Assembly: GCA_002377245.1 (NCBI GenBank)
Contig: DFPL01000283.1
Span: forward strand, 1-54,832
From: Enterobacteriaceae bacterium UBA3516
Lineage (GTDB): Bacteria > Pseudomonadota > Gammaproteobacteria > Enterobacterales > Enterobacteriaceae
DNA: 54,832 nt
Direction: 5' to 3'
The number at the start of each line of letters is the position of its first letter. Positions within the stretch are counted from its first letter, which is position 1. Position numbers and translations under genes: made by a program. Shown here in pieces: positions 40,576-50,522 of the stretch. Under the pieces are notes generated by a model. That model was given only the letters and a program-made list of their open reading frames with translations. It had not been told where the DNA came from and ran no database searches.

Positions 40576-43518
40576 TTACCAGGTGTATTTCACGCCAACT
40601 TTAGCACCCCAATCCTGTTCAACGTCGCCGCCGCCCAGATAGGTTGCATCAGTGTAAGCACTGAAGTTTTTGGTGAAGCTGAACTGCGTACCCAGGCCAA
40701 CACGAACCGCAGAACCTTCAACGCCATTATCGATAGAATCACCGTTCACTTTCGCAGTGTTGTTGGAGTCATCGTAGACGTAAGCCAGTTTGAAGTACGG
40801 GGTCAGAGCCTGATCGCTGCCATAGGTGAAGGTGTAACCCGCATCTACGCCCAGTTCATAACGCAGGCTATCGTAATCCTGATCGCCCGCTTTCAGGTTG
40901 TTGCTCAGACGATAGTTATCACCAGACTGGAACAGGCCAGAGATAGCAGCGTACGGAGTAACATAGCCTTTGTCGTTAACTTTCCAGTCGTAACCGGCTT
41001 TCAGACCGAAGCCCCATGCATCCGTAGTGGAATCACCGTCAACATACTGACCGTTAGACATGGTTGCAGACAGGTCGTTGCTGAAACGGCTGTAGCTCAG
41101 GTTACCATCAACGAAGATGTTGTTGTCGAAACGTGCAGAAGAGTAGATGTATGCGGACTGGCTATCCTGATCAACTTTGCCAGAACGATCGCTTACGTCA
41201 CCTTTTGCAAAACCAGCTGCCGCACCGACGATCCAGTTAGCATTGTTGCCTTCAACGAAGGTATCAACACCGACCATGATGCCGCTAACGTCCTGATCGT
41301 ATTCGATCACGCCGTTATCGCCGTTGAAGCTACCACCGAAGTAGTTAACCCACGCACCACCGTTATCTTTATCTGTCATGCCATGACGGCCGTTAGTCAG
41401 ACGAGTAGACAGGGTATCCTGTTGCAGATTCCAGATATTGGTATTTGCAGAAGGAATGCTCAGCGCCATGTTGGCATAGTCGGTCAGCTCACGCTGACGC
41501 AGAACAACGGTGTTACCTTTCTGCTGAGCTTCGTAGGTGTAAGCACCCAGATCGGCTTTGTTAGCCGCGCTGAAGGTCGCAGTGGTGTTCTTATCGTTGA
41601 CATAGATAATTTCTTTACCTTTATAGTCAGCGATACGGCCTGCACCGGTGGAGTTATCGATACGAACTTTGTAGTTGCCTTTGGCAGCGGTTACGTCGTC
41701 AGTAGCGCTGTTATCCAGTTCATTACCGCCATTGATATCTCCGTTGCCGTTGATAGTCAGGTGACCATCGGAGTTCATTGCAATGACACCATAGCCATAG
41801 TTAGCTTTGGTTTTGTCGTTGGTGCGGTCGTTGACCAGGTCAGTATTCATGACATAGTTGCTGCTATGAATATCGAACACACCTGCATGGATATTACGAT
41901 GAGTGTCAGTGGTGCTGGTCAGATTCAGAGTATCAGCCTGGAACGGATTAGCATCAAACTCATTGACATTCACATCCAGAACACCGTGATTTGTTACGGT
42001 GATGGTGTTGGCGTACAGTGCTGCGGAATCAAAGTTCCAGCCAGAGGCAATATCGTCGGCCAGTTTTACGGTACTGTTATCAATAGACAGGCTATCGGTC
42101 GCAACATGACCATCTTCGCCGATGTTCAGCAGAGAGTTATTTGTTAATTTAATGCTGTCGGAAACGAGTGAGGAATCACCAACATTAACTTTAGATCCGC
42201 TATCGATAGTCAGCGTATCGATATTAGACGCATTGACGGTGTTCCAAATTGAGCCGTTCTTCAATGCTACATTAAATACGCCACTCTGGAAAACTTCATT
42301 GTCAATAACTCGGTTCCAGGCATTTCCTTCGATAACAGAGTTCGGATAAATGCTATTGCCTGTAACGTCATACCAGTTCGCTGAAGCGATTGCTTCATAA
42401 TCGGAAGTTGCAGAACCCGTCCATTTAGAGCCGTTATCCAGCGTAATATTCAGTTCATCAACATTCAGCGCATCATCAGCCCAACCGCCGTTTGTGTCTT
42501 TCGCGCCATCAGCGTTGCTATCATGACCCTGAGGATAGAAATTCGCATTCCAGGTGCTTTGGAAAACAACATCGCCAAGCAGCGTAGAGTTGTCGAAGTT
42601 AACGTTGTTTTTCATTGAATAGTTAGATGCTGCGCTATCACTGAAATACAGCGCAACGTCATTAGCGGTACCGTTACCACTATATTCACTTGGTTCAGCA
42701 GAGTGACCGTAGAAGCCTGAAGTCTCCAGTGAAGTCACTGAGCCAGAGGTTACAGTAGAATTGGAAACGTTGATGTTGTTATCCCAGGTATGGGATTCAG
42801 TCGTGTAGGTATTGTTAACTGTATTACCTTGAGTCAGGCTGATACCAGCCACACGAGAGTTGTTAGAAATATTGATATTGCTTTCAACATCAAGATTTAC
42901 TGCAAGGCCAAGACCTGACTCATATGGATAACCTTCACCTGCAGCAGTAGTGAACGTTTCATGAGTAGATTTCGTGACGTCACCATCAAGATAAGAATCA
43001 GTGAAGTAAAGTGCTTCATAGTCGTCATCAACGATAGAGTTAGAAATATTCAGCGTAAATACATCGCCATCATGCCAGTTTTCATCAATGACACGATCGC
43101 TACCATATTCAGAGTACTGATAAGCACTACCATCAGTGCCAACCCCAATAGGCAGATGAGATGTGATAGAGCCATGAATAACTGAATTAGTCACGTTCAA
43201 TGTGTTATCTGAACCATCAGTACCATTTGTATAGTCATGATTCAGATAATAGGTAGAAATCGTGCCATTCACGGTATCGCCGTTGAACGTCTGATCAAAA
43301 TCACCATTAGCATTATTGTGGTAAACAAAACCACTATAATTCACATAGTTGCCATTAGCTGTACCTGGCGCATCCATATTGCTCCAGTCAAGAGCGGTTT
43401 TAGGATTATCAATGTAATTCCAGGTATCGTAAGTCGTCGCATTTGCCTGAGAAGCGATTGCCAAAGTGCAGGCTAATGCCAATTGAGATACTACAAGTTT
43501 CTTTTTCCAGGAGTGCAT
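40576..43518 (-). CDS. ehaB: Type Va autotransporter adhesin (EhaB/UpaC/YaiT family), intact
   Basis: MHSWKKKLVVSQLALAC signal, N/D/S/T-rich passenger, C-terminal beta-barrel ending KYTW; hemB-yaiT-yaiV-ampH synteny. Confidence 0.88.
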   Translation of the reverse strand: MHSWKKKLVVSQLALACTLAIASQANATTYDTWNYIDNPKTALDWSNMDAPGTANGNYVNYSGFVYHNNANGDFDQTFNGDTVNGTISTYYLNHDYTNGTDGSDNTLNVTNSVIHGSITSHLPIGVGTDGSAYQYSEYGSDRVIDENWHDGDVFTLNISNSIVDDDYEALYFTDSYLDGDVTKSTHETFTTAAGEGYPYESGLGLAVNLDVESNINISNNSRVAGISLTQGNTVNNTYTTESHTWDNNINVSNSTVTSGSVTSLETSGFYGHSAEPSEYSGNGTANDVALYFSDSAASNYSMKNNVNFDNSTLLGDVVFQSTWNANFYPQGHDSNADGAKDTNGGWADDALNVDELNITLDNGSKWTGSATSDYEAIASANWYDVTGNSIYPNSVIEGNAWNRVIDNEVFQSGVFNVALKNGSIWNTVNASNIDTLTIDSGSKVNVGDSSLVSDSIKLTNNSLLNIGEDGHVATDSLSIDNSTVKLADDIASGWNFDSAALYANTITVTNHGVLDVNVNEFDANPFQADTLNLTSTTDTHRNIHAGVFDIHSSNYVMNTDLVNDRTNDKTKANYGYGVIAMNSDGHLTINGNGDINGGNELDNSATDDVTAAKGNYKVRIDNSTGAGRIADYKGKEIIYVNDKNTTATFSAANKADLGAYTYEAQQKGNTVVLRQRELTDYANMALSIPSANTNIWNLQQDTLSTRLTNGRHGMTDKDNGGAWVNYFGGSFNGDNGVIEYDQDVSGIMVGVDTFVEGNNANWIVGAAAGFAKGDVSDRSGKVDQDSQSAYIYSSARFDNNIFVDGNLSYSRFSNDLSATMSNGQYVDGDSTTDAWGFGLKAGYDWKVNDKGYVTPYAAISGLFQSGDNYRLSNNLKAGDQDYDSLRYELGVDAGYTFTYGSDQALTPYFKLAYVYDDSNNTAKVNGDSIDNGVEGSAVRVGLGTQFSFTKNFSAYTDATYLGGGDVEQDWGAKVGVKYTW

Positions 43519-43999
43519 TTGTCATCCCTCCTCAGGGATATTATCGTTGGTCCATCAATTATTAATGCATCAAATACAATCAAGTTTCGTTGCGGAGAAA
43601 ATTATGCCGTACATAAACCAAATGGTTCAATTAAAGTTCACGTAAAGTCCGAATTCGGACAAATTACATTTACCCGTCATTAATATTGGCAATTTAAATA
43701 ACAAAACTCATATTTATCATGCAGATAAAAAGAAACACCCTGGCTATATGAATTAATAAAAACGAAACACACATCAAAGCAAACCAGATTAAAAGCAAAA
43801 AGCATTTAATATATAAATGTAATTTGTAATAAAAATAAAAAAACCTCATCAATTCAAGACAGAAATATCACACTAATCAATAATTCTGCCACTGCCAATT
43901 CCTTCGAGCTGGCTCGCAGTTAAAGGCGATTTTGGTAAAACACACCCTTCTTTTTTCAGATACACTATCCCCCACGTTTCCTAAGACTTCAGGCAAATC

Positions 44000-44971
44000 A
44001 TGACAGACTTAATCACCCGCCCGCGCCGCCTGCGCAAATCCGCCTCGCTGCGCGCCATGTTTGAAGAGACAACGCTGAGCCTGAACGACCTGGTGTTGCC
44101 TATCTTCGTTGAAGAAGAGATTGATGATTACAAAGCGATCACCGCCATGCCGGGCGTGATGCGCATTCCCGAAAAGCATCTTGCGCGTGAAATTGAACGT
44201 ATCGCTAATGCCGGTATCCGCTCGGTAATGACCTTTGGTATCTCTCACCACACGGACGAAACGGGGAGTGACGCCTGGCAGGAAAACGGGCTGGTGGCGC
44301 GTATGTCGCGCATTGCCAAAGATGCGGTGCCGGAGATGATCGTCATGTCCGATACCTGTTTCTGCGAATACACCTCGCATGGCCATTGTGGTGTGCTCTG
44401 CGACCACGGCGTCGACAATGATGCCACCCTGTTAAACCTCGGCAAACAAGCCGTGGTAGCGGCAGCGGCGGGTGCCGACTTTATCGCTCCGTCAGCGGCA
44501 ATGGACGGCCAGGTACAGGCCATTCGTCAGGCGCTCGACGCAGCCGGTTTTACCGATACCGCCATCATGTCCTACTCCACAAAATTTGCCTCCTCCTTCT
44601 ATGGCCCGTTCCGTGAAGCGGCCGGTACTGCGCTGAAGGGCGATCGCAAAACCTATCAGATGAGCCCGATGAACCGTCGTGAAGCCATTCGCGAATCGCT
44701 GATTGACGAAGCCGAAGGCGCAGACTGTCTGATGGTGAAACCGGCAGGTGCCTATCTGGATATCCTGCGCGATATCCGTGAACGCACCACCTTACCGTTG
44801 GGGGCCTATCAGGTCAGCGGCGAGTACGCGATGATCAAATTTGCCGCCCAGGCCGGCGCCATTGATGAAGACAAAGTGATCCTCGAAAGCCTCGGCGCCA
44901 TCAAACGCGCAGGTGCGGATCTTATCTTCAGCTACTTCGCCCTCGACCTCGCCGAACGTAAGATTTTGTAA
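44000..44971 (+). CDS. hemB: Porphobilinogen synthase
   Basis: [17 protein letters not shown]n site, [20 protein letters not shown]. Confidence 0.98.
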   Translation: MTDLITRPRRLRKSASLRAMFEETTLSLNDLVLPIFVEEEIDDYKAITAMPGVMRIPEKHLAREIERIANAGIRSVMTFGISHHTDETGSDAWQENGLVARMSRIAKDAVPEMIVMSDTCFCEYTSHGHCGVLCDHGVDNDATLLNLGKQAVVAAAAGADFIAPSAAMDGQVQAIRQALDAAGFTDTAIMSYSTKFASSFYGPFREAAGTALKGDRKTYQMSPMNRREAIRESLIDEAEGADCLMVKPAGAYLDILRDIRERTTLPLGAYQVSGEYAMIKFAAQAGAIDEDKVILESLGAIKRAGADLIFSYFALDLAERKIL

Positions 44972-44978
44972 GCCCTCA

Positions 44979-45001
44979 GGCCCGACGGGACCTGTCGGGC
45001 C
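44979..45001 (+). terminator. Hairpin after hemB
   Basis: GGCCCGAC…GTCGGGCC stem, weak U tract. Confidence 0.5.
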
Positions 45002-45030
45002 ATCTTAATGTGGTTAACGAGATGGTCATT

Positions 45031-45075
45031 TATTCACAAAGGTGAAATGTAAGTGTCATCCGCAGCTTCTACTGT
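45031..45075 (+). promoter_or_regulatory. Candidate degenerate Pho-box promoter
   Basis: Half-sites at 11-bp period (TATTCAC 45031, GTGAAAT 45042, GTGTCAT 45053), 10-bp spacer, TACTGT. Confidence 0.45.
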
Positions 45076-45102
45076 CATCGCAAGACGGCAGGAGGAGATA
45101 CC

Positions 45103-46818
45103 ATGTTTAGTCTCGATAGCGTTCTTGATGACCTCTGGCCCCAGGCCAAACCCGCGCCCTGGCAAAAAAATCTGCTCAGACATCTGTTATACGAAAAAGA
45201 GTTTCAGCAGTTTGCCGCCAGCCACCCGCACCTGAAAGGTCTGGATATGGTTGAGCAGGTCCTGGACCACTTGCAGATCCGCTGCACCATCCCCGCCCAC
45301 GACATCGAACAGATCCCCGAGCATGGCCCACTGGTGATTGTTTCTAACCATCCGACAGGCACTTTGGACGGACTGGCGCTGCTGTATGCCGTTTCACGCG
45401 TGCGTCGTGATGTGAAAGTGGTGACCAACAGGATGCTCAGCCATCTTGAACCCCTCAGTTCGTTGTTTATTCCCGTCGACAACATGGGCGGACGCACGCG
45501 CAAAGCCTCTCTTCAGCAAATGGAAAACCAGTTGCAAAGCGGCGGCGTGTTGATCTTTTTCCCGGCTGGTGAAGTATCACGTCTGACCCGCAAAGGGATC
45601 AGCGACGGTAAATGGCATCCGGGTTTTGTGAAACTGGCAAAAAAATTCCGCACGCCGTTGCTGCCGATGTGGATCAACGCGCGTAACAGTCCGCTGTTCT
45701 ATGGCGCGGCATTGCTTTCCGATACGCTGCCGATGCTGCTGCTCATGCAACAGATGTTCCGCCGCCGCGGCACCCCCTTACCGATTACCATCGGCCAGCG
45801 CATTCCCAGGGACAGTTGGCAGTCCCCTTCCCTGTCCGCGCGCGACGTAGCGGATAAATGCCGCAAACATGTGCGTCGACTGGGCAAAAAAGTGCCGGGC
45901 GTCTTCAAAACCGAGTGTGCGATTGCACGCCCGGAAGACAGAGCGACATTGCGTCGTGAGCTAAGCCGTGCAGAGTGCCTTGGCCGCACCGCTGATGGCA
46001 AAATGATTTACCTCTGGCAACGTCAGGGCCAGGAAGATGTGCCGCTGCTGCGCGAACTGGGCCGCCTGCGTGAAATCGCCTTCCGTGCCGTTGGCGAGGG
46101 CAGTGGCAAGCGTCGCGACACGGATAAGTATGATGATGATTATCTGCATCTGATCCTGTGGGACGAAACCGATCTGGAAATCGTCGGCGCATACCGTTTT
46201 ATGCCGACCGCGCGTCAGGTAGAAAAACGCGGTCCGGAGGGTCTCTACAGTCACAGCTTGTTCCATTATGACGAGCGGATGTCCGACGTCCTTGAGCACG
46301 GTATCGAACTGGGGCGCAGCTTTATTCAACCGCGCTACTGGGGCCGTCGCGGCCTCGACTATTTATGGTCCGGCATTGGCGCTTACCTGGCGCGGTATCC
46401 GCAGTATCGCTATCTGTTCGGCCCGGTGTCGATATCCGGTGGCTTCCCGCCTGCCGCACGGGATTTGTTAGTGGCCTTCTATCGCCTCTGGTTCCCGGCA
46501 AGCTGGCCGCTGGCAGCCTCTCGCCGCCCCTGGCCTGCCACCCTTCCGGACGTACTGGCGCAATTTACTGGCGAAGATTACACCGAAGATCTCACCCGTC
46601 TGAAATCGATGTTGGGCAATCTTGGCTGCGCAATCCCGCCTCTGTACAAACAGTATTCTGAATTATGCGAACCCGGTGGCGTGCAGTTTATCGACTTTGG
46701 CTGCGACCCGGATTTCAATAATTGTGTAGATGGCCTGGTACTGGTGGATTTAACGCGCCTGAAAGCCAATCGCTATGAGCGTTATATCGGCGTGCATCTT
46801 GACGAGACGGCCGCCTGA
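45103..46818 (+). CDS. olsF: Bifunctional PlsC-type + GNAT acyltransferase, OlsF-like (ornithine lipid synthase)
   Basis: GGAGGAG RBS; N-domain NHPTGTLDG and FFPAGEVSR; C-domain LREIAFR…DKYD…HLILWD…IVGAYR…ELGRSF; 571 aa. Confidence 0.72.
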   Translation: MFSLDSVLDDLWPQAKPAPWQKNLLRHLLYEKEFQQFAASHPHLKGLDMVEQVLDHLQIRCTIPAHDIEQIPEHGPLVIVSNHPTGTLDGLALLYAVSRVRRDVKVVTNRMLSHLEPLSSLFIPVDNMGGRTRKASLQQMENQLQSGGVLIFFPAGEVSRLTRKGISDGKWHPGFVKLAKKFRTPLLPMWINARNSPLFYGAALLSDTLPMLLLMQQMFRRRGTPLPITIGQRIPRDSWQSPSLSARDVADKCRKHVRRLGKKVPGVFKTECAIARPEDRATLRRELSRAECLGRTADGKMIYLWQRQGQEDVPLLRELGRLREIAFRAVGEGSGKRRDTDKYDDDYLHLILWDETDLEIVGAYRFMPTARQVEKRGPEGLYSHSLFHYDERMSDVLEHGIELGRSFIQPRYWGRRGLDYLWSGIGAYLARYPQYRYLFGPVSISGGFPPAARDLLVAFYRLWFPASWPLAASRRPWPATLPDVLAQFTGEDYTEDLTRLKSMLGNLGCAIPPLYKQYSELCEPGGVQFIDFGCDPDFNNCVDGLVLVDLTRLKANRYERYIGVHLDETAA

Positions 46819-46950
46819 GGGCGGTCTTATTACCGTATAAGAAGCGGTAAATATTGCAATTATGTTACATCGATTGCATATCGCAGACCTGAACGTTGCC
46901 AGCCCTGAACCAGACGGCATGATAAAGCTTTCGGCTGGCGAGAGTGCGTT

Positions 46951-47580
46951 ATGGTACGTGTGGTTCTGGTGGATGATCATGTTGTAGTGAGATCCGGGTT
47001 TGCTCAGTTACTGGGCCTTGAGGACGATCTCACCGTCAGCGGACAATACAGCACTGCCGCTGACGCCTGGCCTGCGTTATTGAAAGACGATGTTGATGTC
47101 GCGGTGCTGGATGTCGCCATGCCGGATGAAAATGGCCTCAGCCTGCTTAAACGTCTGCGTCAGCAGCGGCCAAACTTTCGCGCAATCATTCTCAGCATCT
47201 ATGACACCCCCGCCTTTGTGCAAAGTGCACTGGACGCGGGTGCCAGCGGCTATCTGACAAAACGCTGTGGCCCCGAAGAGCTGGTGCGTGCCGTCCGTTC
47301 TGTCGGCCTCGGCGGTCACTATCTCTGCGCCGACGCCCTTAAAGCGCTACGTGGTGACGTCCAACCGGTTAAAGTCCTCTCAACCCTTACTCCTCGCGAG
47401 CGAGAAGTGTTTGATTTACTGGTGAAAGGTGACAGCGTCAAAGAGATCGCCTTCAAACTGGCGTTGAGCCACAAAACCGTGCATGTCCATCGGGCTAACG
47501 TGCTCGGCAAACTCAGTTGCAACAGCACCATCGAGTTGGTGCATTTCGCGCTCAACAATAACCTTCTGGCCAGCCACTGA
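46951..47580 (+). CDS. UhpA-like NarL/LuxR-family response regulator
   Basis: VDDHVVVRSGFAQLL, LDVAMPD, GYLTKRC, KTVHVHRAN. Confidence 0.92.
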   Translation: MVRVVLVDDHVVVRSGFAQLLGLEDDLTVSGQYSTAADAWPALLKDDVDVAVLDVAMPDENGLSLLKRLRQQRPNFRAIILSIYDTPAFVQSALDAGASGYLTKRCGPEELVRAVRSVGLGGHYLCADALKALRGDVQPVKVLSTLTPREREVFDLLVKGDSVKEIAFKLALSHKTVHVHRANVLGKLSCNSTIELVHFALNNNLLASH

Positions 47581-49121
47581 TGTCGCGATCGCTGCGTCAC
47601 GGCGTCATATCGCTGTTTATCATTCTGGCCTGGGGGCCGGGCTGGCTGATGCTGTGGACGCTCAGCTTCTACCTGACCCATAACGGTCAACAGGCTGTGC
47701 TGTTCCTGCCCCATGGCGTCTATCTGGCTTTGTTAATTCTGCTTTCCCGCCGCTTCTGGCCTGCGCTGTTGCTCCCGCAACTGGCGCTGATTTTCTGGCT
47801 TTACAGCGAACAGTTAGTAAACGGTTTCACGATGCTCGCCGCGCCCTTTATCAGTCTGCTGCCGGCGTTCTTCACCCAGCGGTACTGGCACCGATTCCCG
47901 CTCTACTGGCAGCGACTCACTCTGGTGTTAGCAGCGGTGACCGTGACTGCGCTGCTTCATACGCTGCTATTGGCCCCGTTTTTACATAGCCCCATACTGC
48001 TTGCCGGGCTGGCCTCGTTTACCGGCGGCGTCCTGCTTACCCCTTTTACCTATCTGATTTTCGAGTTCCTGCGCCAGCAGCATCGCCATCATCTGCTGGG
48101 GCTCGACACCCTCGCGCCGCCGCTGCGCACCTCGCTGATTATCTGGTGCAGCCTCTTTTTCATCATCGGTATTGGCACCCAGATGGTGCTCTCACCGCAG
48201 ATAGAACGCCTGTTGCTGATTGTGGTGTTCTTGCCCAACGTGGTGATGGCATGGAAATTTGGCTGGCAGGGCGGCGTCATGTCGGGCCTGCTCGGCAGCA
48301 TGCTCATTACCCTTGCCCGTCAGGTCGGGGTCGGTTTTACCGATTTGCTGGAGCTGGAAATTTTCCTCGCCACCCAGGCGCTGTTGGGTATTGGGCTTGG
48401 GATCGCCATCAGCCGCCAACAGCATTTGGCCCTTAATCTCGATCACTATCGCCGCCGACTGGAAGGCGAACTGCATGCACGCCAGGCCCTGGCAGAAAAA
48501 CTGATTCATACGGAAGAGGATACGCGAAAAAGCCTTGCCCGTGAGTTACACGATGAAATCGGTCAGAACATCACCGCCATTCAAATCCAGTCACAGTTAG
48601 TAAAGCGAGCCGGCGACACGCCTCAGGCGCTGGAAGCCGCCGAACAGATTAATGCGCTGGCCCGGCGCATCCACCACTCCACGCGGCAGTTACTGCGCCA
48701 GCTCCGACCGCCGGTACTGGATGAACTCTCTTTACAGGAAGCGCTGCACCATTTGGTTAATGAGTTTGCTTTCGCCGAGCGCGGCATTGACTGTCATTTT
48801 GATTACCGACTCAGTGCCCCACCCACCAGCGAGACCCTGGTCTTTACCCTCTATCGACTGTTGCAAGAGTTGCTCAATAACGTCTGTAAACACGCCAGCG
48901 CCAGCCAGGTACGCATCCGCCTTAGCGAACAAGATGGCCGCTTATGCCTTGAAGTGCATGACAACGGCATCGGCATCACGGCCGAGAAAATGCCCGGTTT
49001 TGGTATTCAGGGCATGCGCGAGCGCGTCCATGCTCTCGGCGGTGAACTGACCCTCGAATCCCGCCAGGGAACATGCGTAACTGTTAACTTGCCCACAATT
49101 TTGCAACAAACCCCACGCTGA
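47580..49121 (+). CDS. UhpB-like MASE1 sensor histidine kinase
   Basis: Multi-TM N-terminus, LARELHDEIGQ H-box, QELLNNVCKHA, DNGIG, GFGIQGMRER. Confidence 0.92.
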   Translation: MSRSLRHGVISLFIILAWGPGWLMLWTLSFYLTHNGQQAVLFLPHGVYLALLILLSRRFWPALLLPQLALIFWLYSEQLVNGFTMLAAPFISLLPAFFTQRYWHRFPLYWQRLTLVLAAVTVTALLHTLLLAPFLHSPILLAGLASFTGGVLLTPFTYLIFEFLRQQHRHHLLGLDTLAPPLRTSLIIWCSLFFIIGIGTQMVLSPQIERLLLIVVFLPNVVMAWKFGWQGGVMSGLLGSMLITLARQVGVGFTDLLELEIFLATQALLGIGLGIAISRQQHLALNLDHYRRRLEGELHARQALAEKLIHTEEDTRKSLARELHDEIGQNITAIQIQSQLVKRAGDTPQALEAAEQINALARRIHHSTRQLLRQLRPPVLDELSLQEALHHLVNEFAFAERGIDCHFDYRLSAPPTSETLVFTLYRLLQELLNNVCKHASASQVRIRLSEQDGRLCLEVHDNGIGITAEKMPGFGIQGMRERVHALGGELTLESRQGTCVTVNLPTILQQTPR

Positions 49122-49187
49122 CCAGGAAAAAGTCTTAGTCACCTGGGGAGTTTCTCTCATCCCCTTTCATCTGCGCTTACCTATAGT
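49122..49187 (+). promoter_or_regulatory. Candidate UhpA-type activated internal promoter
   Basis: CCAGGAAAAAGTCTTAG site at 49122-49138, TATAGT -10 at 49182-49187, no clear -35. Confidence 0.45.
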
Positions 49188-49207
49188 CAGCGCAACTGGA
49201 GACCGTT

Positions 49208-50509
49208 ATGCACGCCATCTCGCCAACTGACATTGACCACCGTTACCGAACGCAGCGCTCGCGTCTGTTGCTCTCCATGGTGGTGGGATACGCCGCGTTT
49301 TACCTCACGCGCAAAAGCGTGAACTACGTGCTGCCGGCGCTGCAAAGTGATTTGGGTCTCGACAAAGGCGACATTGGCCTGCTGGGGTCGCTGTTTTATC
49401 TGAGCTATGGCCTGTCGAAATTTGCCGCAGGATTGTGGCATGACAGTCACGGGCAGCGCGCTTTTATGGGCTGCGGGCTGTTTGCCACCGGGCTGCTGAA
49501 CGTGGTGTTTGCCTTTGGGGATTCACTGCCGTTGCTGCTGGTGGTCTGGACGTTAAACGGATTTTTCCAGGGCTGGGGCTGGCCCCCCTGCGCACGACTG
49601 TTGACCCACTGGTATTCGCGCAATGAACGCGGTTTCTGGTGGGGCTGCTGGAACATGTCGATCAACATTGGCGGAGCGATTATTCCGCTGATATGTGCCT
49701 TCGCCGCCCATTGGTGGGGCTGGCAGGCCGCGATGCTGACACCGGGGATTATCAGCATGGCACTCGGCGTGTGGTTAACCATGCAACTGCGGGGGACACC
49801 GCAGGAAGAGGGACTACCGAGCGTAGGCGAATGGCGGCACGACCCGCTGGAGCTGCGCCAGGAGCAACAAAGCCCACCGATGGGCTTATGGCAGATGCTG
49901 CGTGAGACGGTGCTGCGAAACCCATTGATTTGGCTGCTGGGCTTCTCTTATGTACTGGTCTATCTGATCCGTATTGCGCTCAATGACTGGGGCAATCTCT
50001 GGCTGTCGGAAAGCCACGGCGTCAACTTACTGAGCGCCAACGCCACGGTGATGCTGTTTGAAATCGGCGGTCTGCTGGGGGCGCTGTTTGCCGGATGGGG
50101 CTCTGATCTGCTGTTCAGCGGGCAGCGCGCACCGATGATTCTGCTCTTTACCCTGGGGCTGATTGTCTCAGTGACTGCGCTCTGGCTGGCGCCGGTACAC
50201 CACTATGCCTTGTTGGCAATGTGCTTTTTCACGGTGGGCTTTTTTGTTTTTGGGCCGCAAATGTTAATTGGTCTTGCCGCCGTCGAATGCGGACACAAGG
50301 CCGCGGCAGGCTCGATAACCGGCTTTCTTGGCATCTTCGCCTATCTGGGGGCCGCACTGGCGGGCTGGCCGCTGTCACAAATTATTGAACACTACGGCTG
50401 GTCGGGGATGTTCAGTTTGCTCTCCATCGCCGCCGTACTGATGGGTTTATTACTGATGCCGCTGTTGATGGCGGGCATTGCAACATCACGCAGTCCTGGT
50501 ACCTCATAA
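49208..50509 (+). CDS. UhpC-like MFS (OPA family) sugar-phosphate sensor
   Basis: GYAAFYLTRKS, FQGWGWPPC, WYSRNERG, VFGPQMLIG. Confidence 0.9.
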   Translation: MHAISPTDIDHRYRTQRSRLLLSMVVGYAAFYLTRKSVNYVLPALQSDLGLDKGDIGLLGSLFYLSYGLSKFAAGLWHDSHGQRAFMGCGLFATGLLNVVFAFGDSLPLLLVVWTLNGFFQGWGWPPCARLLTHWYSRNERGFWWGCWNMSINIGGAIIPLICAFAAHWWGWQAAMLTPGIISMALGVWLTMQLRGTPQEEGLPSVGEWRHDPLELRQEQQSPPMGLWQMLRETVLRNPLIWLLGFSYVLVYLIRIALNDWGNLWLSESHGVNLLSANATVMLFEIGGLLGALFAGWGSDLLFSGQRAPMILLFTLGLIVSVTALWLAPVHHYALLAMCFFTVGFFVFGPQMLIGLAAVECGHKAAAGSITGFLGIFAYLGAALAGWPLSQIIEHYGWSGMFSLLSIAAVLMGLLLMPLLMAGIATSRSPGTS

Positions 50510-50522
50510 GAAGGAAAAGATA

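Noticed and set aside
41383..42147. 254-aa plus-strand ORF
   Set aside because: Antisense shadow of the autotransporter passenger
45103..46818. 'Putative hemolysin' label
   Set aside because: Motifs are acyltransferase motifs; no toxin or secretion features
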